Shown here one piece after another: positions 13,911 through 27,700 of a DNA stretch of 64,000 bases. The DNA is taken from NCBI GenBank assembly GCA_012295275.1, contig CM022679.1, forward strand, positions 17,050,001-17,114,000, given 5' to 3'. The notes under the pieces were generated by a model. That model was not told the DNA's origin. It did no database searches and saw only the letters and a list, made by a program, of their open reading frames with translations. Origin of the DNA: Chrysomallon squamiferum (lineage: Eukaryota > Animalia > Mollusca). The translations under genes and the position numbers were made by a program. The stretch's first letter is position 1; every line of letters begins with the position of its first letter.

Positions 13911-14565
13911 GTATCAGTAAGTGATAAGTGTAACTGATGTGATAACATGTATCAGTAAGTGATAAGTGTAACTGATGTGATAACATGTATCAGTAAGTGA
14001 TAAGTGTAACTGATGTGATAACATGTATCAGTTAGTGATAAGTGTAACTGATGTGATAACGTATCAGTAAGTGATAAGTGTAACTGATGTGATAACATGT
14101 ATCAGTTACTGATAAGTGTAACTGATGTGATAACATGTATCAGTAAGTGATAAGTGTAACTGATGTGATAACATGTATCAGTTAGTGATAAGTGTAACTG
14201 ATGTGATAACATGTATCAGTAAGTGATAAGTGTAACTGATGTGATAACATGTATCAGTAAGTGATAAGTGTAACTGATGTTATAACATGTATCAGTTAGT
14301 GACAAGTGTAACTGATGTGATAACATGTATCAGTTAGTGATAAGTGTAACTGATGTGATAACATGTATCAGTGATAAGTGTAACTGATGTGATAACATGT
14401 ATCAGTAAGTGATAAGTGTAACTGATGTGATAACATGTATCAGTAAGTGATAAGTGTAACTGATGTGATAACATGTATCAGTTAGTGACAAGTGTAACTG
14501 ATGTGATAACATGTATCAGTTAGTGATAAGTGTAACTGATGTGATAACATGTATCAGTAAGTGAT
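13911..14565. repeat. 38-bp minisatellite, ~17 copies (GTATCAGTAAGTGATAAGTGTAACTGATGTGATAACAT)
   Basis: Near-identical head-to-tail units with few variants (TAAG/TTAG, GATAAG/GACAAG, small deletions) and no spacers. Confidence 0.97.
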
Positions 14566-14778
14566 TTGAAAAGATTTATCAGTCAGATGTTTGCTTACCG
14601 ATGCAGAATTGACTAATTTATCAAATATTCATAAGAATGAAAATGCATATTAAGCACATTTCAGATTATTTATTATTAGAATTTCTTATTTTCATTTGTG
14701 AGAACTTCTGGGTGAGAACACTGACACACTGGTCCTAATGAAAAATTAGATACATTGTACGAAATGAAAATTTCAGTA

Positions 14779-14944
14779 GTGTTCCTAGTAAGAATCTTGA
14801 TACAGTGTTCCTAGTAAGAATCTTGATACAGTGTGTTCCTAGTAAGAATCTTGATACAGTGTTCCTAGTAAGAATCTTGATACAGTGTTCCTAGTAAGAA
14901 TCTTGATACAGTGTGTTCCTAGTAAGAATCTTGATACAGTGTTC
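14779..14944. repeat. 26/28-bp minisatellite, 6 copies (GTGTTCCTAGTAAGAATCTTGATACA), degenerate tail to ~15120
   Basis: Exact tandem units. An extra GT at 14831 and 14911 gives an 80-bp higher-order period. Confidence 0.95.
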
Positions 14945-16119
14945 TAAGTGACAGTTTTGATACCACATTCTTGATTCAGCATTCCTAGCAAAATTGAGTC
15001 TTGACACTTTATACTTATCCAGATTAGTTGATATAAAATTTGCTGAATATATAATCTTTCTAGTAAAAACATTGAAATAATCTAGAGGAAAACCTTGATA
15101 CAGTGCTCCAAGTGATACTTGTAAATGTGTCTGGATCACTGCCTCTGAAGAATAGTTCTTTTCTGATACCAAAATAGCTAAACAATGACCAATCCTTTCC
15201 TAAACAAGTTTCAATAAGTCAAGTGAGGGCTTACTGATTACCTTCTAACAACTATGCCATGATTTCAAAGGCATCATGAAGGGGCTACTTATCTGTATGA
15301 AGTTAGTGCAAGTGGTCAGAATAATCACATTACAATCCAGCCTCTCCAAAACTAATTCTGGGATGGCAAACATATGTTGAACGTGGCTTATGGAAACAGT
15401 TGTTGGCATGCTGTAGGCACTGTCACCCCAAGATTTGTGTTTTATAACATAAAGCAAACCGTATGACTCCACTAACATGTTGTTATCAATATTATTTATA
15501 GATGGCTTTATTTTTCAGACATATTAGTATTTGATAGACTTTCTAAAGTATTTTTATTTCATGTTAATCTCTCTTATGTTAACAGTTAAAACCATGAATG
15601 TTAATTTGTATTGTGACTATCAAGTATACAACACAAGAACTAGTAAAAAATAATGTATACTTTACTGGTTAGCTTAAAACAGTTCAAGATCTCTATGGTT
15701 GTTATAGCTAATCTGTATACAAACCCAGACTCTAAGTATTTTCAGTGAAGCTATCTCTGTTTCACAGGACATGAGCTGTTTTGATGTTATTTCACTAGCT
15801 GTTTGTTGTTCTTTTTGTCTAGCTTTTGTAAGGATGAAGCAGTTACTATCATATATATATATACATATAATTAAAACAACCAACGATCCATTCAGTATAA
15901 TTTAAATAAGTATGTAAATTAGTTCTTCTTCTTTTTTCTCTTTTTTAACAGCAATGTGTATTAGAAAATAGGAATATAATTTGTGTAATTAATATAAAAA
16001 TAAAAGAGTAAATTTTATTTTAATTAATTACTCTGATGGACTAATTAGTATCATTATCTACCATTTAGCTTAATTCACACTTCGCTGACAATATTAACCT
16101 GATCATTAATCATCTTTTT

Positions 16120-16330
16120 ATTTTACCTCAGTGACTACATGTTTAAATTCCTTCTAGTTAACAATATTAACATACATTAATTTATTTTTTCTGGGTGACT
16201 GACTGCATATTTTAAATGCCTTCTAGGTGACTGTATTAACAGATATAATTTAATTTATCTGGGTGGCTGCATATTTTAAATTCCTTCTGGTTAGCAATGT
16301 TAACCAATGCTAATTAATTTTATTTTCTAA
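16120..16330. repeat. Degenerate ~60-bp tandem repeat
   Basis: Three copies of GTGACT(G/A)CAT..TTTAAAT(T/G)CCTTCT(A/G)GT...ATTAAC. Confidence 0.7.
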
Positions 16331-18069
16331 CAATATAACACTCTTATTGCACAGATCCTCCTACTGAACATATTTTTGAAACTTGTTATTTCACTAATTA
16401 ATAATTACACACGCTCCAGGGTAATTTTAAAGAATAAAGATTATTTGCACATTAATTGAAGCTCTGCCTACAGGGTAATTGTGCTTCTACCTTGTGATGA
16501 CTAACCCTGTAATAGCATGCAGCACATAAAAAGACTTGATTACCAAAATGTTGGAAACGTCATGTTAATCAACAGACTTTCAAACCTAATCCATCTGAAC
16601 CCCTACTGATGGAAACACAGTGAGCTGTGTCAGTGTGAATGACAATGTTGCAATGAGATGTTGCTAAATACCAGAAAGAATATAGCTTCTGAACAGAGTT
16701 GTCAAACTATTGTGAAAAAAAAAAAAAACAGATTCAAAACAGAAATCATAAAATTGTAAAAAAAAGTTTCTTAACACTTGTCATATGTTTATAAAAAAAA
16801 TTCCAAATTTTTGAAATACAACTTCTGAACAGACTTAACATAGGACTGTAAAAAGAAAAACAGACTTGTCACATGACTGTAAAACACACCTTGACATTTT
16901 CCACAACCGACGAGTGAAAAAAGTCATTTAACAGAAGATAGCCGGAAATGTGTGCTAACGTCTCTCTTTGAAGTGTGGGCCTGGGTTTAACAGCCACAGA
17001 GATCAACAAAGGTGTGTGTTGGTCCAACAAAGGCATTTTTCCATTTGTGACAATATTTCTTTAAGCCAGAAAACATTGAGTTCTTTTTCTTTTAACCTTA
17101 ATTCAGCAGACTAAGCAGAATAAAGAAAATAACAGGTTTTAGTCAAAAAATATTTTTATTAGAAAACTAGCTCATAGCTATTGAACTCAGAATGTAAAAT
17201 TATCACTTTTATTGTCATAACAATAATAATTATTATTATAATTATGTGGGTGTAACCATATATCAAAGATAAAAATCTCAGGTAATACTGTATGCCTTGA
17301 CAATGGAGTGTTTGTACACACCCAGCTTACTAATTATAATACCCATCCTTTATAGAAATCCTCTCCAATCAGAGTTTTCATATGTCAGATGTCGTCAAGC
17401 AAATCTTTTCAAACAAATGATTGAAACTGCTAAAAGAGCAAGATTCATAATCAGAATTTTAATTTTTTTTTAATCCTTTGCTGTTTTTTTGCTGGTGAAT
17501 AATTATATTGAATTATTTTTTCTTTTCAAATATGGTATAAAAAAAATGTCTATTAGTATTGATAATTGACTTATTAGAGGATTACTTCATCTAGCAAAGC
17601 TTAACTCCCACTGATTTGGTTAGCATGGTCAAAGAGCTGCTTATTATAATGAAATGATGTGTTCATTGGTTGTAGTTATTTGATACTTACACAAAGTTTT
17701 AGTTTTTTTTTTTTTTTTTAAATGTACAAACTAATAATAGTTTGAATTATTTGAAGTTGTTCAAATTTATTTCTGTAATTTGCCAAAATTCATCTCATTT
17801 AAAACACTTATAAAAAATAAAAAATATACTTTAAAAAAAAAAGGTAATAATAATAATTTTGATAGTTTTCTCTGTCAACTAATCACTGTTCTAACCACTG
17901 AAATAAGTAGTAATTGTTGTAACTAGTAAAGTAAAATAAGCAATCACATAATCAATGTTGTAATCAAAGCGTCATCTTACTGTGGTTACAGACAGATTAA
18001 ACACAGCACAATCACTAAACATTTCAACATAAACATCAAAATATTCCTCACAACTTTACATCATTATCC

Positions 18070-18197
18070 ATGTTGCCATCTGGAGACACTTCATTACTGT
18101 ATGGTTACCACAAAGACTAGATACACAGGTATGTTGCCATCTGGAGACACTTCATTACTGTATGGTTACCACAAAGACTAGATACACAGGTATGTTG
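18070..18197. repeat. Perfect 61-bp tandem duplication
   Basis: 18070-18130 is identical to 18131-18191, followed by ATGTTG microhomology. Confidence 0.95.
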
Positions 18198-21100
18198 GCT
18201 TCTAACTGACTATCATCTGACAATTCAGAAACTCTCTTATAATACAACTCTGTAGTCTCCATTTCCTAACATTTTCCTCAGAGGCTGTTTGTCCAGGTTT
18301 TTTGTTTGGTATTCGTATTATTACATCTTCTGGAGCAAAGCTTTTTCTTGCAGCCACATTGTGGACAGTAAAAACAAACTGGTGCATGATCTTTCAACTC
18401 CATCAAAAATTGGCTGAGGAATCATAATGAAGTGAGCACATTTAAAAATTAAGTTTTGAACTCATGTCAAACTGATATTGTTTCTCCTCAGAAATGAATC
18501 CTTTGTCAAAATGTGCAACTGGTAGACCCTTCAAGGCATTACAAGTGACAAATTACCTCTACAATAAACCTGTCAAAGTTTCAGCTCTTAACTGGAACAA
18601 TCATTACTTTCTAATAAAAAATAATAATAATAAATTTAAAAAAAATAGTAATGTCTTCACTACTGAAATGATTATCAACATTCACAATATTTTAAATATA
18701 TCAGAAGCCGATGATACCTAGACATCATTCTGGATTAATGGAAGTATATCACACACAGGAGGTTCTGTTTTAATTCAGTGTATTGTGACCAGTGAAATAG
18801 CACGTACAGGAAAGTTGATATAGTGACTGTTATAGCAATCAGTAAAGGTAGCCAAGAGATTTAAATAAACTTTATTTTTTTGCCTCCATTTCTATATATA
18901 GATAAAAAAAAGTGCCAATAATAAAAACAACATGAGATATTCAAAAAACAAATGTAAGACTGTTTAATTTCACAAGTCTGTGTTGAGGGTTTGTGTTTCA
19001 TCAGTCTGATTCATTCTTTCAATAGAGAGATTCTTTTATAAACATATCCAAACACATTTCAACAACAAAGTCAGTCACTAGTATTGTTCCCTGCTTAGAA
19101 TCTGTCAACAGACTAATTACTGTGGTTCTATGTTGTGTACACTGTCAGTGAGGTCAACCAGGTCAAGTGGAATGATGAATATGTGACTTAAAGGTAAAAA
19201 TAAAATAATTTTTATTACTGAAGAATATTTGAAAAATAATAATAATGATGATGATTATGAAAAAAAGTAATATTTGTAAATTACTCAAAATTAATAATTA
19301 TGAATTTTTGAATGTTGAAGAAATCTGAAGAAATTACCAAAAAATAAATAAATAAAAATATACAATGAAAATAAAGTTTTACAAATAAATAAACTGGTAT
19401 CAAAGATTTTTCTAAAACAATTTAATATCTATTCACTGGCTATCCATAAAAATAAATATTTATAAATTTTTAAATTCTGAAGATATCACCAAAAATGTGA
19501 AAAATATACATTTTACAGTAAGTAAACTAACATTACAGATTTTGGATGACAGTCTTCTATGTATTCACATTTGTATGTTAGGAAAAAAAGGCAAATTGCT
19601 GCTGAGACTGCTTATAACATAATGCAGGGTGAAAACTTCAATACATGTTATCTACTCTAGCAGGTTTGGTAGGAGGGACAACACACAAAATGGTCTCCAA
19701 CTGAGTGATTCAGATGAAAGCAAATTGTATGTGTAGAATAGATGGGAGGGGGCGCTGTTGATACAAGGGCTAAGAGAGAAACTGAACAAAGTGGAGTCAG
19801 GGTAAGTTATTTCCACCATTCTGCAGCAACAGAATGGAGTACTTTATTGTCAACAATTACTTCAGCTGAGAATTAATAACTCAAACACATAATGGGTTAT
19901 AAAAAACACTTCATAAATGATAGTCAAATGTCTATTAAGCACTTGAGAGTAAGCAGAATGTGTGAAGAGATTTATAAACTCTCACAAAAGGAGACACTGC
20001 AGCATTAATAGGATTTTACAAAAATAATAATAAGATTGCTGTAATAGATTTATTCTACATATATCATCTTTTCAAATGTCTCTTTAACTTAGATCTACTT
20101 TTCTTTATTTATGTCTCAGTGAAAAAATCACATTGCTTAATGTAAGTCAAATATTCAGGCTGAAATTAAACATCATGACAAAACATGTTGCTTTTTTTTG
20201 AAAGGTTTAGTTTTCTTTAACAATCTTGTTTGAAATTTCCATAATAATGTAGTATTAATTAGATAGTTTGAAAAGTAAAGAAAGTTATTTTACTAAGACA
20301 ACCTGAATAATTATCAGGAATTGAGAATAGTTTGATAAATACACATTAATTAAAATTAAATAATTTGATAAATACACATTAATTAAAATTAACACCAAAT
20401 AGCAGAACTTGGTAATAAGAAAGGATAAATATAGAAATGGATAGAAACTAACATTAAAGAATCATTAACTAAAAGGATTAATTAGTTTTACCATAATCCA
20501 ATGGTTCAGAACTCCAAATATATTTAATGATGCAATTAGAAAATGCAAATGAAATTTACTAACAAATTTAATTGAGCTAAAATTAGAACTTTCTTGTGGC
20601 AGAGAGCTATCAAGGTCAGCGGAGTGTGGAAGTCAACCAGCTATGATAGTTTTGCCTCTTGGGAGTGGAACAGTTCAAGCTTGAAGGTATGTTTCATGAC
20701 CCAAGAAATGTGACCTGCCATCTTCTGTAATTTAATTAAGTGGTAAAATGAAGACAAACATCTGCTCTTTTTAAAGACCCCCTTAACATAACCATATGTA
20801 TAATCACTGAAAAAATCAAATTAAAAAAATAATAAAATAGCACTCAAAACAAAAAACAACAGACACTTACAAAAATAAATAAATAAAATAATAATGTTGA
20901 TAAGACAGCAAAAGCTTTTTTTTTTAAAAGAAAGGAAATAGAAATAAAGAAATATTTAATACTGTTACCTGAAACGTAATATTAGTATCTGTGCACACAA
21001 AAGGAAACAGAGACTCCAATAGAAAGAATTTTAAAAATATTATATATATATAAATATGAAAGTAAACAAAACAATAAAAGCAAATCTTTCACTCATTGAC

Positions 21101-21949
21101 AATTTTTGGGTTTCACTTAATTACTCTATGAACTATGCAAATTATTTTCCATCCTGGGACATTTTCCAAAACTGCCACAGGATTCCATTTTTAGCATCAA
21201 TCAATGCTAGCCACATGGTAACACAGTGTCACTGATGAGATATGCAAACAAATTAAATTATTTGTTGTAATTAACAAGCTGAAAATAATTTGGACATAGA
21301 GACCAACATGAAGTGTGTATGCACAGATGGCAAGTCAGTGTTTGAGGGGGGAGTCCGTAACAAAATGTTCGTATGAGAAGAATAATAATATTACATCAGG
21401 AAAGAGGATTTGGACATTTTAAATCACACACAAAATTCAATTTGTTTAAAATATTGAAACAAACTTCTGTTATATATTAAAAATGACTGGTATGTAAAAT
21501 ATATTAAAATTGTATTTTTAACTGAATTCAACTGACTTTAAGTATACAAGATTTTGATATTGCTTCTGTTAATTAAAATAATGTGGTGAATTTGTTACAA
21601 ATTGAGTGTATAAGAAACATTGTACAAGGTGCAGAAGATGGAAATTTAAAAAAAAATAACATTCACATTTTTATGGAACTGCTCAGTGTTTGCAGCTATT
21701 GTTTTCACACAATTAAATATGACAAGTTTGTATTAAGAGTTTCCTGATCTCATTTTAAACAAATTCTTATTTGGTTGAGGATGGAAGTTTGTCTTTCACT
21801 CCTAGCTAATGATTAAATTAATTTGTTTTCCTCTGCTTTGTCTTCTGATGAGCTTAACTTTCTTCAAGAGGCTGCACTAGATTGAATCATGATTAAGTTT
21901 GTGAGATCCTGTCTCCTCTGAACAAAGCTGTCCTTTTTTTCTTTTCTGA

Positions 21950-22260
21950 GGGCAGGCTTCACCTCAGTGGTTACATCTGGCACAGAGTGTTACGGGTTGC
22001 AAGATCAATCCTCTGTGGAGTACCCATTGACCTATTTGCCATTCTAACCAACATCATTTGGGTTATCATTAAATTATCATTATGTGCTTACAAGCTATAT
22101 ATGAAGATGCTTATAAAATAAAAGATAATTTAGTAGTAGTAGTAAGAGTAGTCTCAGTGACAACAGCTGGTTATCTATCTAAAAACTATTATGGACCATG
22201 CAGCAAAATATTCTTCATTGTATACCTTTTCATAGACATGAATATTTATATTAGATAGAG
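21950..22260 (+). mobile_element. Decayed SINE-like element, same family
   Basis: Box-A-like CCTCAGTGGTTA, AGATCAATCC, CCCATTGACCTATTTGCCATTCTAACCA, GTGACAACAGCTGGTTATCTATCT. Confidence 0.55.
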
Positions 22261-24691
22261 ATTTTGATAAACTACTGAGTTCTGGCTGTCTTGGGAAATA
22301 TCTTAGTCTAAGAAGGACTGAAGATACTTTAAGAAGGACTTTAAGAAGGACTACATTCTATACTGAGTATTTTCTGTTATCATTAATGATAAAGAAATTA
22401 ACCAAGATGGATCAATCTTTGACCCATTTCGCTCAAATTCTATTTTATCTTCAACCTGCCAGTTTTCTTCTTTTTAATTCTTTTCTTTCTGGTTTAGTAA
22501 AAATAGATCTATTTCAAATAGAGAAATTTAAGACAGTAATTTTACTACAAATGATATTATTGACAAAAAAGATATAAATAAGTTAGTGTAAACAAAAGTT
22601 TCAGAAATTATGTAAAAACAAATTGATCTTTTTTTTTCTTTTTTTCGTAAATTGAGGCAGTAACAAAAGATACTGGAAGGTGAAGATGATTCAGAAAGTT
22701 TTAACCTCAAAACATTCATTATTTATTTATTAAAAGTTTGGAATACAAGATATTACTCCTTTACTTGTAAAATATTTTAAAATGCTGATGTAAGTAACTG
22801 CATATTAACATTATATTTAATATTTATTTATTTTATTGTTGCTGTGCTTATTTGTTAACACCAGGTAGTGCAACTCCCAGAACTATTAATACTGCTATTA
22901 ATCTTAGTAATGTTGTTGTTGTTGTTGTTGTTGTTGTTTTTTGTTATTATTATTACTACACTGCTGGTGGAAGTAGTGTTATTGTTGTCATTGTTGTTAC
23001 TTTAACATTTGCAAATAAAATGCAACCACAAAACTGAAACGCACATTTGTCATCAGCAGCGCTTCTGTTATTATGATGTTGTTGATGCTGTCTGTGTAAA
23101 TAAACCAAAAACAGTGAGTTATGAAAACATAGATGTAAATATCTGCTGATACACTTCTTACAAACCTTTGTTACAATTCACTCAAAACTCTTAGAAATGT
23201 GCCAACAATCATTTTATTTTTTTTTTTTTTTTTCTGGTTGCCATGGCCAAGCCAAGATGAAGCTCAGGTGGCTGCAAGAATCCCCTGAAGGAAAGATCTC
23301 ACCAGGCAGGAAGTCGTGAAAATTCAGCTTACACTGGTGGAAGCGACTGCCATGTCATACTTGGAGTCTTTGTTTCCATTCACAGACAAAGCACGACACT
23401 AACAGTAGCTTTATTTCTTCTGCGACTACATGACTGATTAGCACAATGTCACACATCCAGTGCCGTTGACCCAGAAAAGAGACAAAGAATTAAATGCTGG
23501 GATAAATTTTCCATCATCTAATAACGAACAAAACCTTCTGTCTGATGGAGGAAATTTGACAAAATGAATATAGCCTGAGGCTTTTGATCATCAAGAGAGA
23601 AAAAACAAAAAAATACAAAATGGGTTTCTATTAATGCAGTGAATTGTTACAAATTTGTTCAAACATTTTTCTGTAGTTTTAACAATAGAAAATTAGGATC
23701 ATAATAAAATAATTAACAGTGATAATTAATCATATCTGATTTCTAGCTCATTTCAAACTGTTATTCATAAAAAGTCTATGTTTAAATTTAGATGTGAGGA
23801 AAGATTCATTTGTCTTCTTTATTTACTTTCTTTGTTATTTTCTGCATTATTGTCAGTTGTCAGTCTGTTTGGTTGTTTAATTACTGTTACTATGTCAAGT
23901 TTACACAAGAAAGAATAGTAATATTTGATATCTGCTTGCTGCATGATAATTACAAACAAAGCTGTTAAAACCTTATTTTCAGCAAAGTGTGGTTTGCAAT
24001 AATAAATAAAACAATCACTTAGTACTTACAATTTAGTCTATTTATTCACATTATCACAATTATTTTTAATTTAATAAAGATGATTTTGTATTTTATGATA
24101 TAAAAAAATAGAAATTTAAAAATTTAACTTAGTACATCTGTAACTTTCAATATTTTTTTTTTAAATTACATAAAAATGAACCAGTTTCAATCTAATAAAC
24201 TACCATCATAGTTAAAACACATATAAAATAAATCTGTGAACTAATTATAACAAACACATTACTAGTATTATTACAGCACTGTCAGTGCTGAATTAGTAAA
24301 AGTCAGTTTAGCAAATGGTTTTAGCTTTTATCAAGTTCTTAGATTTAAGTAATTAATACCTTTGCAACTCAAGCATATATGTTGTGGGGCACCATGCCAG
24401 ACATCCAGCTCAGGAAAAGCATTCCCCTCTGACTGAGGATCACACCCTTGAATCAATCTGACTTGATGTGATGCAGTTCTGTGTTTGCTCTGATGGTGGT
24501 AACATAGTAATGTAAATGTGTGGTCTACTCAGAGTGTAACAGGTTCACTTCCCAAACATCCAGACTCCGAAATGATAACACTTTTAAGAAGTGATATACA
24601 TATTTAATATTTCATTTCAGTGACATGCTAATATAAGGAATCTCTCAGTCACTGTTAAAAGCAATTTGATAATTTTTATTATTATCAATTG

Positions 24692-24694
<3 letters not shown>

Positions 24695-24758
<64 letters not shown>
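24695..24758. repeat. Compound (CT)n(CA)n microsatellite
   Basis: Pure CT run followed by a CA run. Confidence 0.97.
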
Positions 24759-27700
24759 CATTTAATGTTGCAGTTTTGTATGTTAAAGACAAAAAAATGT
24801 TTACAAATGTGATAAAAATGTTTATTAATTTTGCACTAATAAACATTAATCTTTTATAATTAGAATATTTTAAAAGAAAAAATATAGTTTTGATAAATCT
24901 TCTAAAGAGAATTAAAACAAAAATCTAAACAGAATTAACTGACTTTGTTTTAATTAAATTTTGCAAGGAAAAGCAGGTTTCATAAAATTCATTCTCTTTC
25001 TAAAATCTGATACTGTACAATAAATTTTCTGTAATTATGTAAAACACAGAAAAATTCTTTTTCTTTCTAAAATCTGATACTTTTAGTTAAATTCTGTGAA
25101 GAAAAGCAGAAGTTTGATGTGATATAAAATTATTTCTCTCTCTAAAACCTGATACTTTGTAGCTGAAAGCTGTCACTGTGGGGAAGAGAGTGAAGCACAC
25201 ACAATGTCAGTTGTGGTTATTTGTTGAAGGTCTAATGTATTTTATTTAATACCCCAAGGCTGGATTAACACTGTTAAAAGCAGCCATGAAGTACTGGTTC
25301 TGTTTTTCTTTTTTACACATTATTATTACAAAATTACGTTTGACACCAGATAACCATTAATACAAAAACATCTTGAGGTTTCATTAAACAAATATTCATT
25401 CATTCGTTAGCAGTGGTTTACAATGTTTGAACAGTACGTGAGTAAACATCTTTAGGTTACATTACAATGACCATAAAATGAAATAAAGAAATAAAAGATT
25501 TTAATTTTATTTATTTAGGTTTGTTTATTATTTTTTGTAATTATTGTTATTTATTTATTTATTTATTATTACTTTTTTTGTTTTAATCTATTTTTTATTA
25601 TTAATTAATTTATTCATTGATTTAGCTTACAATAACTAGAACGCTCTGTGTAGAAGTAGAAAGAAAAAATATTTCTTTAAATTCTGGTCTAGTATAGCCT
25701 TACATAACAGTAATGAGATTATCAAAGCCATATTTTACTGAATGTCAGATAACTATACAAAAAATATTTACAATAAAATATATCACACCCATAGAAACTG
25801 TAAATGCAATTTGCTCTAACTTTATATAAAAATAAAACGATAATGAAAACAAATAAAACAAAAAAATAATAAAATGAGAACAGTTTCTGCTCTTTTTTTC
25901 TTTTCTTTTTTTAGTTAGAATAAAAACAGCAGCAGCAACTTTGAATTATTATGTTTGACACAAAAATTTTCATTATTTCCTAACTTTCTTGAAAAAGTAC
26001 AATAGACTGAATCACGATTAAACATAGACTCAGGATTCTGTTTCCTGTCTTTTGTTGTTTTATTTTCTTCTTTTTTTTCATTATAATTATACTTTATTAT
26101 TATTATTATTATACTTTTTATTTTTTTTTTTTTTTTTTTTCCTGAAAATGAACAGTGAACAATATCCAATTAGGTAGTTTCTGGTTAAGGAGGAATTATG
26201 TCATGAATAATTTACTAAATAAAAATCTATTTTTATTGTTATTGTACAATAACATATGGGAAAACATTTAAATTGTGGTTTGACAGCTATAACACAGATT
26301 TAGCTATCTTGTTTGGTAAAACCTTAATTATAGGTAAAGTGATAGTTTAAAATTTTGAAGAGCAAGAGTTTCAAGAAAACCTGTAATCAAGTCAAAATAA
26401 ATGAACATAATTTTTGTCTTTGTAGGTTTACAAGATTAGATGATGTTAGATCTATGACTAACTTGTGGTCTGGACTGTCACACAATCTGTTTGTGATGCA
26501 GACTATGATATTAAGCTGTCCCAAAGCACTGGTTATCCTTTAACCATTCGTGAATAAAATAAAATAAAATAAAAAATAAAATTTAGTGTAACACTGTTTA
26601 ACAGTTTATATTTTTGTTCATGACATTAGCTTGGTTATATCTTATTGTCTCATTTTTCCTTCACTAAACCTCACTTCTTCCTAATGTGTCTAGAGATAGA
26701 AGTCACTTATACCTATTTTTCTAGCCTAGGTTGAACCTTTATAATGTAACACTAAAGGACCTGTTTTCCAATGACCATCACCAAGAATAACCTCTTGATT
26801 TCTGAGTTTCACATTTTGTCACAAAATAACATTTAGCATTCTCCAGTTTAACAGACCTCTGGCCTATTCAGGATCCTGGAAGGAAGGTTAATAGGTCAAT
26901 GACTAGAATATTAGCCTGAGGTCTGATGGATCACAGGATCAAGTCACTTTACTAGCCCTAATCTGGCTACTTAGTAATTCAGCAAGTGGCACATGAATGA
27001 ATAAGCTAAAGCCAGGTTCATGTTTGCCTGTAATTTAGAATAAAAAACCTTATTTCCTGCTGAAAATAAAAGTTGTTCTCTATTATAGTAGAAGTTCACC
27101 AAAAAAAAAAAATAATAAAATAAAAAATGTTTATCTATTCTATTTTGATGGAACAATGTGTTGAAGTTTAAGTTATTCATTTATTTATTTAAAACCAAGG
27201 ACTTTGTATTATTAATGAACCACTTTATAAGAGAATCCACTGTAAAGTGCCAAGTAATAAGTAAGTGATGTAACAGGAAAAAACAGCCTGATAAATATGT
27301 TTAATATAGAAACTGTTTTAGAAACATTAAACTGTTTCTTTTGTGCTTTTTTCTTTTATTCTTTGAAGATTTTGCCCTCTCATTTTAAATTTATTATTAT
27401 TACTTTTTTAATTTATTTCATTCTTTAATTGTATCATCCAGATTCATTGTTTTCATTTCCTGGTGTGATGGTGTAAGAAAAATGAACTTTACATAATTAA
27501 CACTGTTTAGGCATTGAAAAATAAATCAATAAATATTCATTATTCATTCTGCCCCCAGTCTATAAACCCTGACCCCACATGGCAACCAATTCTTACATAA
27601 AAGTACTTTTCAGACTAATCTCATTGCAGAGAATAAAAATACATGTCTGAACTTCAACAGAAAACAAGCCCATGATTAAAATATGTTCAGTGAATAGGTT

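Noticed and set aside
13911-14565. CRISPR-like array (38-bp partly palindromic repeat)
   Set aside because: Units are contiguous with no unique spacers, there are no cas genes, and the context is a eukaryotic intron.
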